Shown piece by piece: positions 1-9,989 of a stretch of 64,000 bases of DNA; positions within the stretch are counted from its first letter, which is position 1, and the number at the start of each line of letters is the position of its first letter. The DNA comes from a virus. Lineage: Duplodnaviria > Caudoviricetes. The position numbers were made by a program, and so were the translations under genes. The notes beneath the pieces are model-generated. The model did no database searches. It was given only the letters and a program-made list of their open reading frames with translations, and was not told where the DNA came from. The DNA lies in the IMG/VR virus record IMGVR_UViG_3300002092_001784, positions 202,154 to 266,153 of that record; one strand, 5' to 3'.

Positions 1-3000
1 AATGTGAAGCAATTATTGGGAATGGCAAACGCTGTATTTTCTGAAAACGATACCCAAATATCATTTCAATTAAAACTAATTCCATATAATGATAGTGGTG
101 TTGATGATGCCGTAGGGAAAGAAGAAGTTATTACTATTAAGTTTATTAAAGGTAGGGATACAATACCACGCCCAGTAGCTATTACAAGAATTGCCGAAGC
201 ATTTCAATTACAATTTGATACGATAGATGTAGATGATGAGGGTTCTAAATATCTTACACATCTTTTACATTTGGGGGATGGTAATAACAAAATAATTACA
301 ACGTGGACTGGTAGTAATGATTCTGTTATATTAAAACTATATGAACCACTACCAACTTCAGTTGATGTAAATCAATTAGTTTGGGTTTCCAAAATACAAT
401 CAAATACTACAATAGAATCGGTCACTCTTATCGGAGCTACGGCTTCGTATTGTGAACCGTTAAGAGGACCTAATTTTACAGTTGAACCGGATAATAGTAT
501 TGGATTTAAGGTATTTGATGATTTAATAGCAAGTGGATCGGCAACATCTACCGATTTATTAAATAAATATTCTGAAAAAGTAGGAATAGACACTAAACGA
601 TTTAATATACAATTTGTAAGTGGTTCTCAATATGTATTTGAAAACTTTGTAAATTTTAGTTCGGCTGAAGAACGTGTTAATAATTTTTATTACAAACTTC
701 AACTGATTGAAAATTATCAGAAACAATATAATTCATCAACGGGTAGTAGTTCAGCTATTTCTGGAATAAATGCACAAAGTGCATATGATTCATTAAATGG
801 TGTAATGCAAGGGTTTGATGCTTTTGAGGATTTCTTATACACAGATACTACTTCGGATTTATCATATCCTAAAGTTGATGGTAATCCAATACCATCCACA
901 ACGGATGATGCTCTTAATTGGTTGGATAACATAACAGCAACTGCTTCATATTTTGATAAGTACAATCCAAATTATTTGGCTAATAACTATCCTCAGTATG
1001 TAAAAGAAAACGTAGATCATGCTGATTTTGTGGTGTTTAATGATATGATCGGACAGCATTTTGATATAATATGGATGTATATCAATGCTATGAACAAAAA
1101 TAAACAAGTTGAAGCAATTCAATCCAAAGGTGGTATCATAAATGATATGGTATTCTATATGTTAGAATCTATGGGTTGGGGAGCTAAAATGGCTTATGAT
1201 TCGGAATATCTATGGGAACATGCATTTGGATTGTATAGAGATGGTACTCAAAAATATGTATCACCGTTGGTTCAAGCAAATGAACAGGTGTGGAGACGTA
1301 TTTTGTATAATTTACCATATCTTCTAAAACATAAAGGTACGGCAAGGGCATTAAAAGCAGCTATGGCGTGTTATGGTGTTCCACAATCATTACTCACTAT
1401 AATGGAATTTGGAGGACCTCAAAATCCTACTGGAGATGCTGTAACTCAATTCACATTTGAGGACAGGACTTGTGCAATATCGTTGGATACTAATTCAAGT
1501 ATAATTATTCCTTGGAAGCAAGTACCATCCACATCGGCGTACCCAGAATGTATTGAAATAAGAATAAAACCAAGCATTGTACAAAATTGCACTTTAATTA
1601 ATGTAAATCAATTTACACTTCAATTAATTCAAATAGTTGGAAATCTTTCAAAATTAAGATTGATATTCGATTCTATGATAATCGATAGCGATTCATTTAA
1701 TTTATCTACTGCGGATTATTCACAAATAGTAATAAATAGACATCAAGATGTTGGATTAAATTCTTTCTATGAAGTTATATTCCAAACAACAGATGGTACT
1801 AAAATTATAAATCCAATTACAGTGACACATGAACATTTGACATCTGTGTGGGAAGGTAGTGGGGTTGTGACTATTGGTGGTGATAATTATGTTGGGGTTA
1901 TTGATGAATTTAGACTATGGAAAGTACCATTACAAACTTCTAAATTAGATAATCATACATTATTTCCGGATGCTATTAATGGAAATTCATATACATCATC
2001 TACTTCTGATTTACTATTTAGATTGGATTTTGAATATCCAAAAAACAGAATAATAGACCCATATATTAAAAATGTGGCTATTAACACAGAATATGGTGCA
2101 ACTTATGCTACGGCAAGCAATTTTTGGTCTGCTCCAGCATATCCATATCAATATATTCCTTATGAAAGGGTTGTAACTGCAAATGTACCATCCGTTGGAT
2201 TTGGATATGCAAATAAAATACGATTTGAAACTCAAGAATTGATTGGTGATCTTTCATATAAAGTAAGGGCTACTAAAAAATCTTACGATAGGGGCCCGAT
2301 AGATTCATCTCGATTAGGATTTTTCCTATCCCCAACAAAGGAGTTAAATTTGGATATACTGAAAGCATTTGGTGAGTTTAATATAGATGATTATATTGGA
2401 GACCCATCGGATGAATATACTGATAAATATGCACAGTTAGATGAGTTAAGACATTACTACTTTGAAAGACTGGACAGAAATATTAATGAATACATTCAGT
2501 TGGTTAGGAATATTGATAAATCATTATATGATGTTCTTGAAGATTTATCACCGGCAAGAGCTAAAATATCCAAAGGATTACTAATTGAACCGCATTACTT
2601 AGAAAGAAATAAAACCAAATGGAAAAAAGTAGAATCGGACAAAGGTGATTATACCGGTACAGTAGATGCGGCAGAACATACTGATATTGCTTCAACTTAT
2701 AATACTGAAGATGCATTATTAGATGCAAGTGAAGTAGCAACATTTGATTTTCAAATGGATAACTATGATGGTATTATCACTTCAAATGATGTAATTCAGT
2801 TGGATGGTGACCAATCTGCACATGATGCCAATTTACAATATTTTGCTACTGATTTTATGGAAGTTACCGTTCCTACCTACGATAGTTCGATAACAGTCCC
2901 ATCTGGCGCATCATTAGTTGGTGAATTTGGATCATTGCCACTCACTGCAGTTGGTATGGAGCCGGACTCTCTTGCTAATGCCGGATATGGTTTATACGCA

Positions 3001-3471
3001 AACAATGGAGTTGGGAAGGTGACAACGATTGATAGTGCCGGAAATAAAATTTGGAGTAGACAAAACATATATTTGGTAACAGAACAATACCAAATAAATG
3101 TACCAACTCAAGTTTCTGGCAGTCCGGTGTTAGGTGCATTGCCGGGTGAGCAAGTAGTATATGCGGACAGACCTGTTACTAAAACAAAACATAAAGTGGT
3201 TACTTTACCTTGGGATATTAGTAACAGTATAACTTTAGGAAACGGTATAGTAGATGTACAAACTCTAAATGGTTACTTCCCTACACATCACAAATATACT
3301 AATAATTTATCGGAAGGATTGAAACGTTCATTGTATAAAGGTTCAGTTCAATCAGCAACTACAACTCCTGATGGATTGCCTGCGGTTGAAATCTTTACAA
3401 CTAATCCTAATATATTGAAGGTAGCTAATACAGGTAGAAGTTCGGGCGAACCAATTCTCGTAGTTTCATAA
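1..3471 (+). CDS. Large virion structural protein, probably baseplate wedge (5'-truncated by the window)
   Basis: The frame is open from base 1. LYNLPYLLKHKGT resembles baseplate wedge/sheath-initiator motifs, a LamG-like GVIDEFRLW segment is present, and it sits among tail genes. Confidence 0.55.
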   Translation, partial: NVKQLLGMANAVFSENDTQISFQLKLIPYNDSGVDDAVGKEEVITIKFIKGRDTIPRPVAITRIAEAFQLQFDTIDVDDEGSKYLTHLLHLGDGNNKIITTWTGSNDSVILKLYEPLPTSVDVNQLVWVSKIQSNTTIESVTLIGATASYCEPLRGPNFTVEPDNSIGFKVFDDLIASGSATSTDLLNKYSEKVGIDTKRFNIQFVSGSQYVFENFVNFSSAEERVNNFYYKLQLIENYQKQYNSSTGSSSAISGINAQSAYDSLNGVMQGFDAFEDFLYTDTTSDLSYPKVDGNPIPSTTDDALNWLDNITATASYFDKYNPNYLANNYPQYVKENVDHADFVVFNDMIGQHFDIIWMYINAMNKNKQVEAIQSKGGIINDMVFYMLESMGWGAKMAYDSEYLWEHAFGLYRDGTQKYVSPLVQANEQVWRRILYNLPYLLKHKGTARALKAAMACYGVPQSLLTIMEFGGPQNPTGDAVTQFTFEDRTCAISLDTNSSIIIPWKQVPSTSAYPECIEIRIKPSIVQNCTLINVNQFTLQLIQIVGNLSKLRLIFDSMIIDSDSFNLSTADYSQIVINRHQDVGLNSFYEVIFQTTDGTKIINPITVTHEHLTSVWEGSGVVTIGGDNYVGVIDEFRLWKVPLQTSKLDNHTLFPDAINGNSYTSSTSDLLFRLDFEYPKNRIIDPYIKNVAINTEYGATYATASNFWSAPAYPYQYIPYERVVTANVPSVGFGYANKIRFETQELIGDLSYKVRATKKSYDRGPIDSSRLGFFLSPTKELNLDILKAFGEFNIDDYIGDPSDEYTDKYAQLDELRHYYFERLDRNINEYIQLVRNIDKSLYDVLEDLSPARAKISKGLLIEPHYLERNKTKWKKVESDKGDYTGTVDAAEHTDIASTYNTEDALLDASEVATFDFQMDNYDGIITSNDVIQLDGDQSAHDANLQYFATDFMEVTVPTYDSSITVPSGASLVGEFGSLPLTAVGMEPDSLANAGYGLYANNGVGKVTTIDSAGNKIWSRQNIYLVTEQYQINVPTQVSGSPVLGALPGEQVVYADRPVTKTKHKVVTLPWDISNSITLGNGIVDVQTLNGYFPTHHKYTNNLSEGLKRSLYKGSVQSATTTPDGLPAVEIFTTNPNILKVANTGRSSGEPILVVS

Positions 3472-3523
3472 ACCTAAATTGATTGTTTATTAACGAAAAT
3501 TAAAGTTTAATATATTTATATGT

Positions 3524-4237
3524 ATGAAATATATTTTTACATATAAGACTATTAACTTGGTAAATAATAAAGTTTATATAGGGGTTCATTCAACTACAAA
3601 TTTGAATGATGGATATTTAGGGAGTGGATATAAATTACAAGATGCTATAAAAAAATATGGTAAACAATATTTTGAAATGAATCCTATACAATTTTTTAAT
3701 TCAATTGAAGAAGCTTACCAACACGAAGCTGAATTGGTTAATGAAAACTGGGTGCAATCAAACGGTAATTACAATACTGCTTTGGGTGGATTTGGCGGAT
3801 TTTATCATATAGATACGAAAGGTGAAAATAATCCAAATTATGGAAAACGATGGAATGATGAATGGAAAACAGCACAAAGAGAACGAATGAGAGAATACTA
3901 CAAAAACAACCCTGCTCCAAGAAAAGGAGCAACCCATTCGGATGAATCCAAAGAAAAAATGAGTAAATCAAAAACAGAATTTTATAAAGAGCACCCAAGT
4001 CCAATGAAAGGTACGATTATGTCAGTTGAAACAAAAAGAAAAATAAGTCAATCAAGAAAAGGATGTGGTGTTAAACCAGTCATACAATATACTAAAGAAA
4101 ATGAATTTATAAAAAGATGGGATAGTATTATCAGTGCTGCAACTTTTCTAAAAATACATTCGGCATCAATTAGTATATGTGTAAACGGAAAGAGTAAAAC
4201 ATCTGGCGGGTATATTTGGAAATATGCTGACAGTTAA
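3524..4237 (+). CDS. Free-standing GIY-YIG homing endonuclease (Seg-like, NUMOD3 plus C-terminal NUMOD1)
   Basis: FTYKTINLVNNKVYIG...YLGSG catalytic domain, HSDESKEKMSKS/MSVETKRKISQS NUMOD3 repeats, and a C-terminal KPVIQY...SGGYIWKY domain. Confidence 0.9.
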   Translation: MKYIFTYKTINLVNNKVYIGVHSTTNLNDGYLGSGYKLQDAIKKYGKQYFEMNPIQFFNSIEEAYQHEAELVNENWVQSNGNYNTALGGFGGFYHIDTKGENNPNYGKRWNDEWKTAQRERMREYYKNNPAPRKGATHSDESKEKMSKSKTEFYKEHPSPMKGTIMSVETKRKISQSRKGCGVKPVIQYTKENEFIKRWDSIISAATFLKIHSASISICVNGKSKTSGGYIWKYADS

Positions 4238-4309
4238 CTATTAAAATTCAAAAATAAAAATTGGTTATATTTATTAATAACAAACAAATAATTAAATACA
4301 ATACACAAA

Positions 4310-4933
4310 ATGGCATATTTGGACAATACAGAGATTACAGTAGACGCCATCCTTACAAAAAAGGGTAGACAGAAATTAGCATCAGGCCAATCTCTCAATA
4401 TAACAAAATTTGCGTTATCGGATGATGAAATTGATTACACATTGTATGAACCAGCACACCCAAAAGGTTCTGCTTATTATGATGCAGCAATTAGAGCAAT
4501 TCCAATTACAGAAGCAAGTCCTGATGAAACTCAAGTATTGAGATATAAATTAGTAACACTTCCAAAGGGAACTACACAAATTCCTGTCGTATCATTGGGT
4601 ATTGCTTCAATCGGAGCATATCAAAGTGATGGTGGAGTTGCTTTATCACCAACTACTTCTCCTGCTGGAAACCAAAATGCGGGATATACTACGGTTTTGG
4701 CAGATCAACGTGCTGGGACATTAACTGTAACACAGGGTGCAAATGCAGTTGGTAGTGTTCCTGTTTTCTTAGGAGAATCAATAACCACAACCGCACAAGT
4801 TGTTAGTGGATTACAATTCAGATTTACACCAAATCCGAACTTAACAACAAGCATAACCACAACTATTACTGTTTATGGAAATGAAACCGGTGGTTCTCAA
4901 ACTATACCTGTAATTATAACTTATAAAGCATAA
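4310..4933 (+). CDS. Virion structural protein (tail/baseplate)
   Basis: Beta-rich and Thr-rich 207-aa ORF beginning VDAILTKKGRQKLA...ITKFALSDDEIDY, in a structural context. Confidence 0.55.
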   Translation: MAYLDNTEITVDAILTKKGRQKLASGQSLNITKFALSDDEIDYTLYEPAHPKGSAYYDAAIRAIPITEASPDETQVLRYKLVTLPKGTTQIPVVSLGIASIGAYQSDGGVALSPTTSPAGNQNAGYTTVLADQRAGTLTVTQGANAVGSVPVFLGESITTTAQVVSGLQFRFTPNPNLTTSITTTITVYGNETGGSQTIPVIITYKA

Positions 4934-4939
4934 TAATAT

Positions 4940-6148
4940 ATGGCACTCATAACAGACCCATCAATAACATCACAAATATCAGCAGCAGCTAATTCTGGGG
5001 TAATTGATACCGCTCAAGTAATAGCAATTCTAAATTCTGTTCTACCTGCGGGTCAGCAGATTTCTACGGCAACCGCTGGTACTACAACGGGAATATATAA
5101 ACAGTTTGGGGATTTTGATATGGTTAATGCCAAAGTTGAGGTTGTAACAACTGGACTTTGGACAAACGGATCGGGATCATTAACTACATTCTTTACATCT
5201 TCCGCACAAACTGCATCAGTTAGTGGGCAGTATTATACAAATGTATATAATGCAAACCCAACAACCGATACAACTGCCGAAGTTCAATATGCAGTTGCAT
5301 ATGGACATGCATACGGAAGTGGTTCAGTATCTTTACAAGTTAGTGATAACGCATTGTTAGCAACAAAAAGTACATACGCACAGTATAGATCAATGTTGTT
5401 ACAACCAAATGATAACCTTTTCTCTTTTCAAAACGCATCAAATACTACAACTGATTCAAATGATATTTATGTAATTAACATTGCACGTTCAAGATACAAA
5501 GAATCAATGGATGCTGGTAACTGGGAATTATTATTGAGTGGTTCTAATGGTGTATTCCATTTCATTGATGATAGTGGTAAGAAATTTAGTGATACTGCTG
5601 GAAACCCCGGTAATGTGTTCAATGTAGTTAGTGGAGGGCTTAACTTAGGAACTCAATTAGATGCTACTATAAAAACAGCAACAGCAACAAACGGATTGGG
5701 ATATGGATTATTCTATCCTGATAGAGGAATAATTGTACTAAATCCTGCAGCAATAGGTAATACCGTTGGTAAAGTATTTATTGGTAATTCACTTGTGGAA
5801 TTGAGTGGTAGTTTAAGTACTGCGGCAGAACAATACAATCATATGAGATTGCACGCAGCAATTAGTGGAGCTGGTGATTTTGAGGCAAGAAGTACTGAAA
5901 ATGTATCTACTCAACATTTCTTTGTAAGAGCAACTAATAGAGAATTTAATTACTCAAACAATCCTACTTATGTGGATGGTAATGGTAATTTTATTGAACC
6001 ATCATTCCAAACAGACCCTAAAACATATATTACAACTGTTGGATTACTGAATGATTCAAATGAATTAATTGCGGTAGCAAAGACATCGCAACCAATTCCT
6101 AAATCATTTGATACAGAAACACTTATCAGGGTCAAATTATCGTTTTGA
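4940..6148 (+). CDS. Virion structural protein (baseplate/tail-collar-like C-terminus)
   Basis: C-terminal YITTVGLLNDSNELIAVAK motif typical of tail-collar/baseplate proteins, paralogous to the end of 7122..8069. Confidence 0.55.
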   Translation: MALITDPSITSQISAAANSGVIDTAQVIAILNSVLPAGQQISTATAGTTTGIYKQFGDFDMVNAKVEVVTTGLWTNGSGSLTTFFTSSAQTASVSGQYYTNVYNANPTTDTTAEVQYAVAYGHAYGSGSVSLQVSDNALLATKSTYAQYRSMLLQPNDNLFSFQNASNTTTDSNDIYVINIARSRYKESMDAGNWELLLSGSNGVFHFIDDSGKKFSDTAGNPGNVFNVVSGGLNLGTQLDATIKTATATNGLGYGLFYPDRGIIVLNPAAIGNTVGKVFIGNSLVELSGSLSTAAEQYNHMRLHAAISGAGDFEARSTENVSTQHFFVRATNREFNYSNNPTYVDGNGNFIEPSFQTDPKTYITTVGLLNDSNELIAVAKTSQPIPKSFDTETLIRVKLSF

Positions 6149-6229
6149 TGTAAATACTCTAATTAAAGTTAAAGTTAGATATGTTTTTGAAAGTTCCGTA
6201 TATTTATATGTATACGGAACTTTTTTATT

Positions 6230-7093
6230 ATGGAAAAAATTAAATGCCAATTGTGCCAAAACGAATTTAATCCCAAACAAATGGGTATGCATGTTACTCG
6301 TACTCATAAAATCACATACGATGAATATGCTACTATGTATTGGGAAACTTTACCAAATTATTCACCATGCAAAGTGTGTGGAACTATTTGTACAGGAACC
6401 TATTGTTCAATGGACTGCCAAAAAACCGGAGTGAGTTCTAAACTAAAAGGTATAAAACAACCACCAAGAACGAAAGAACATTGTGAAAAAATAAGTAAGG
6501 CGGCAAAGGAACGGCTTAAAGATAAAACTAAACATCCTTGGTTGGGTAGAAACCATTCCGATGAAACAATTAAAAAAATATCCAAATCGTGTAAAGAAAA
6601 ATATAAAGATGCAACTCATCAACCAAGATTAGGAAAACGGTTTACCGATGAATCCAAACAAAAGATAAGCAAATCTCAATCCAAATTTTACGAAACACAC
6701 GATTCTCCATTCAAGGGTAAAACACATACCCCGGAATCTATTCGTAAAATATTTGAAAATAAGCCAATGAACAAATTGGAAAAGCGGGTAGCCGATTGGT
6801 TCGATGCACGTGGCATTGGATACACATTTCAGTTTTTTATAAATTCTGATGGTATTTGTAAATCATATGATTTCAAATTAAAAGGTTCTAAAACTATTGT
6901 CGAAATTAACGGAGATTATTGGCACGGTGGTTCTGGTATTGAGAAGCATGTGTTTAATGTAGATGTTAATATTGAAAATGATAAATTGAAAAAGAAAATG
7001 GCAGAAGATTTGGGCTATCACGTTATTACGATTTGGGAACACGATATAAAGAATGATATAACAATATTAGAAAGTACATTAAATTTAACTTAA
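6230..7093 (+). CDS. Free-standing endonuclease with Zn-finger, NUMOD3 repeats and Vsr/DUF559-like (EDxHD-type) nuclease domain
   Basis: CQLC...H...H and CKVC...C...C fingers, HSDETIKKISKS/FTDESKQKISKS repeats, and YDF...VEINGDYWH...GYHVITIWEHD. Confidence 0.8.
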   Translation: MEKIKCQLCQNEFNPKQMGMHVTRTHKITYDEYATMYWETLPNYSPCKVCGTICTGTYCSMDCQKTGVSSKLKGIKQPPRTKEHCEKISKAAKERLKDKTKHPWLGRNHSDETIKKISKSCKEKYKDATHQPRLGKRFTDESKQKISKSQSKFYETHDSPFKGKTHTPESIRKIFENKPMNKLEKRVADWFDARGIGYTFQFFINSDGICKSYDFKLKGSKTIVEINGDYWHGGSGIEKHVFNVDVNIENDKLKKKMAEDLGYHVITIWEHDIKNDITILESTLNLT

Positions 7094-7121
7094 ACCGATA
7101 TTTATACATAAACAGTAATGT

Positions 7122-8069
7122 ATGCTTAAAGAAATTTCAAAATCAGATATCAATGTTCGTTCATTTCAAGTTTATAAAGAATGGACTGTGGATCAAAATG
7201 ATATATTGCCAGTATTTGGTAAGCATATAACTTCTTCTTTATTTGATCCGGAAACGGACGAGAAGAGTTGCGGTGTTTACAAGCGGTTGGTATACCAATC
7301 AGTAAAAACTCAATTTTATCACAATCCAGCAACGGCATCTGTATTATTTGAACAGGGATTAAGAAAATCATACGCATCAACGGATGAACGTGTTATTGGG
7401 GATGATATTGCTGTTATTGCAATACCGCAAGTTCAGTATGGAGAGAGTATAAAGATAGGTTCGGTTTCCCTAACAGATGGTTCTAAAACTTATATTGATG
7501 ATAGTAACTCGAATTTGGTATATAATAATACAATATATGGAAACGTTTTTTATGATAAAGGAATAATTGTATTGACTAATGAAATTGTAAGTGGTTCTAC
7601 TTTATCTGATTATTCATTAACGTATCGTTCTACAAAAACTATACATGAGAATGAAGTATTCATTGAAGTTCTACCTAATGAATTTAATGTATCAACAAAT
7701 CCATCCGCATATTATGAAGATGGGCAGAGCAGTTATCAAATGATAGTTAATAATTCAAACTATAAACCATATAGAGACCGAGAATTTAAGGGTACATATC
7801 TTAAAACATTTTACACATCGGGCATACGACATATCCGAAATACACAGTATCCGTACACATCTTCGTTAGACCCTACTAAATTTGGAAGTTTTGATGATTA
7901 TGAACTAAGTGGTTCTGCTGATATGACGGGTTCATATCTTGCACCATTTATAACAACGATTGGGTTGTATGATAACGAATTGAATTTAGTAGCAGTTGCT
8001 AAATTACCTCAACCTATTAAATCACTTCCTGATTATCCGGTTAACTTTATAATACGATTTGATAATTAA
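7122..8069 (+). CDS. Virion structural protein, paralog of 4940..6148
   Basis: C-terminal FITTIGLYDNELNLVAVAKLPQPIKS aligns by eye with YITTVGLLNDSNELIAVAKTSQPIPK. Confidence 0.55.
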   Translation: MLKEISKSDINVRSFQVYKEWTVDQNDILPVFGKHITSSLFDPETDEKSCGVYKRLVYQSVKTQFYHNPATASVLFEQGLRKSYASTDERVIGDDIAVIAIPQVQYGESIKIGSVSLTDGSKTYIDDSNSNLVYNNTIYGNVFYDKGIIVLTNEIVSGSTLSDYSLTYRSTKTIHENEVFIEVLPNEFNVSTNPSAYYEDGQSSYQMIVNNSNYKPYRDREFKGTYLKTFYTSGIRHIRNTQYPYTSSLDPTKFGSFDDYELSGSADMTGSYLAPFITTIGLYDNELNLVAVAKLPQPIKSLPDYPVNFIIRFDN

Positions 8070-8113
8070 AATAAAAAATAGTTATATTTATAATAAACTA
8101 AAACTTAATAACT

Positions 8114-8323
8114 ATGTCAAAGATACTTGATTTATACGGTAAGGGAACTATAACAGGAGCTCCTAATTTAACTGGATTAGATAAGACACCAATAGATACT
8201 AAAGAGTTAACACCTGCTGCAATTGATAAAGCAAACTTAGGAGTATTGGGAAGTGGCAATCCATCTGGCTATGGTGGATATGATAATGCAAAAACTTACG
8301 AATCACTGATTGGGGCAAAATAA
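8114..8323 (+). CDS. Small hypothetical protein
   Basis: 69-aa ORF preceded by the ATATTTATA motif and an A-rich start. Confidence 0.6.
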   Translation: MSKILDLYGKGTITGAPNLTGLDKTPIDTKELTPAAIDKANLGVLGSGNPSGYGGYDNAKTYESLIGAK

Positions 8324-8326
8324 ATA

Positions 8327-8785
8327 ATGAGTTGGATTTTTATGGATAAATTGGTTACAGAGGATAGCACCCCAGCGGGTGCTATTGGTTTTGTCTATAA
8401 GATTGTCCATATACCAACCGGAAAGTTTTACATAGGTAAGAAGAATTTAGTATCTACCCGAAGATTAAAAATTGGAAAACGTGAATTACAATCCATAAAA
8501 GAATCAAGAAAGGCAGATGGTATACTTGGTAGATTACCATCCAAAAAAACAGTAAAAACAGATAGTGATTGGGAAACTTATTATTCATCAAATGAGGAAT
8601 TAATTCAGATGGTGAAAGATGGTAAGGCAGATGAATTACGCAGAGAAATTATTCAATTTTGTTTTTCTAAAAAAGCATTATCCTATTACGAATTATATTG
8701 GCAATTCAAATACGATGTTCTTATCGTTGATGATTGCTATAACAATAACATCGGTGGAACTTACTACCGAAAAGATTTAATTTAA
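8327..8785 (+). CDS. Compact GIY-YIG superfamily nuclease
   Basis: GFVYKIVHIPTGKFYIGKK...DWETYYSS...LRREI...YNNNI, with no NUMOD DNA-binding repeats. Confidence 0.75.
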   Translation: MSWIFMDKLVTEDSTPAGAIGFVYKIVHIPTGKFYIGKKNLVSTRRLKIGKRELQSIKESRKADGILGRLPSKKTVKTDSDWETYYSSNEELIQMVKDGKADELRREIIQFCFSKKALSYYELYWQFKYDVLIVDDCYNNNIGGTYYRKDLI

Positions 8786-8800
8786 TTAATAACAAAAGTT

Positions 8801-9001
8801 ATGACAATTCCAGAAATAGCAAGAAAGTACAAAATTTCAGAAGCATTCCTAAATTCTAAGGATGATGGGTTAATGATTGCCGCAGAATCATTAATGGAAG
8901 TAAAAGAACAGGTATTGGGCGGAGCACCGCCTGATGTATTGGCTGCTAATTTACAAAAACTTATAGACTTTCTAGCCGATTGTAAAAATTCTAATCATTA
9001 A
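8801..9001 (+). CDS. Small hypothetical protein
   Basis: 66-aa ORF filling the gap in the operon with a good start context. Confidence 0.6.
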   Translation: MTIPEIARKYKISEAFLNSKDDGLMIAAESLMEVKEQVLGGAPPDVLAANLQKLIDFLADCKNSNH

Positions 9002-9033
9002 TTAGGATAATTCATTTATTTTTTGTATATTTG
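9002..9033 (+). promoter_or_regulatory. Bacteroidota-type primary sigma promoter (TTAG-N20-TATATTTG)
   Basis: TATATTTG at 9026-9033 matches TAnnTTTG, and TTAG at 9002-9005 is one mismatch from TTTG. It lies upstream of the primase gene. Confidence 0.6.
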
Positions 9034-9053
9034 TGTAGTTCAAAATTGAAACT

Positions 9054-9986
9054 ATGCTTTCTGGAAAAAATAAACTTGTTGTAATATCAATATTAGATAG
9101 TGTATTAGGTGTTGGTTCATCATTAAAACATAATGAACAGGTACACTTATGTCCATTCTGCCATCACCATAAACCAAAACTACAAGTAAACTTAGATACT
9201 CAAAAATGGCATTGCTGGGTTTGTAATGCTAAAGGTAAGAGAATCAAATCGTTACTTAACAGACTGAATACCGATGTAAGGGATATACAGAGGATTGTAG
9301 GGATTTATGGTGATGAAGATACCAATGTATCCACTGAAGAAATTGAAGTCAAATTATACCTTCCTAAAGAGTTTAAGCAGTTATACTTCAAACCAAAATC
9401 AATAAATCCTACATACAATCAAGCCATATTTTATTTGAAAGGTAGAGGTATCACTATGTCCGACATCGTTAAATATAATATCGGATATTGTGAAACTGGA
9501 ATATACGGCGGTAGGATTATCATACCTTCTTATGATGAAAACGGTGAACTTAATTATTTTATAGCTCGTTCATTTTATGAAGGTGAAGCACCTTATAAAA
9601 ATCCGCCTGTTAGTAGAAATGTAATTGTGTTTGAAAATCAAATAAATTGGAATGAACCTATTACATTGGTTGAGGGCGCCTATGATGCGTTTTCTGTAAA
9701 ACGAAATGTGATACCTTTGCTTGGTAAATTCCTATTAAGTAAATTGAAAGATAAAATTATTGAAAAGGGAGTTAAGGATATTACAATTCTTATGGATGCT
9801 GACGCTGTTAAACAAAGTACAACACATACAGATTATTTTATTAAAAACGATATACGAATACGAAATATTATTCCGGAAGGTGATGATGCAGGAAAGATGG
9901 GATTTACGAAAGTGAATGAACTAATTAAGAACGCAAAAGAAACCCGATGGGATGATAATATTTTGGCTAAACTAAACACGATATAA
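9054..9986 (+). CDS. dnaG: DNA primase (Zn-ribbon plus TOPRIM)
   Basis: CPFC...WHCWVC zinc site, RIIIP...YFIARS, and TOPRIM motifs LVEGAYDA and ILMDADA. Confidence 0.9.
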   Translation: MLSGKNKLVVISILDSVLGVGSSLKHNEQVHLCPFCHHHKPKLQVNLDTQKWHCWVCNAKGKRIKSLLNRLNTDVRDIQRIVGIYGDEDTNVSTEEIEVKLYLPKEFKQLYFKPKSINPTYNQAIFYLKGRGITMSDIVKYNIGYCETGIYGGRIIIPSYDENGELNYFIARSFYEGEAPYKNPPVSRNVIVFENQINWNEPITLVEGAYDAFSVKRNVIPLLGKFLLSKLKDKIIEKGVKDITILMDADAVKQSTTHTDYFIKNDIRIRNIIPEGDDAGKMGFTKVNELIKNAKETRWDDNILAKLNTI

Positions 9987-9989
9987 TTG

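Noticed and set aside
8327-8785. Fourth mobile GIY-YIG homing endonuclease
   Set aside because: It lacks NUMOD/HTH DNA-binding repeats and its own late motif, so it is treated as a compact resident nuclease.
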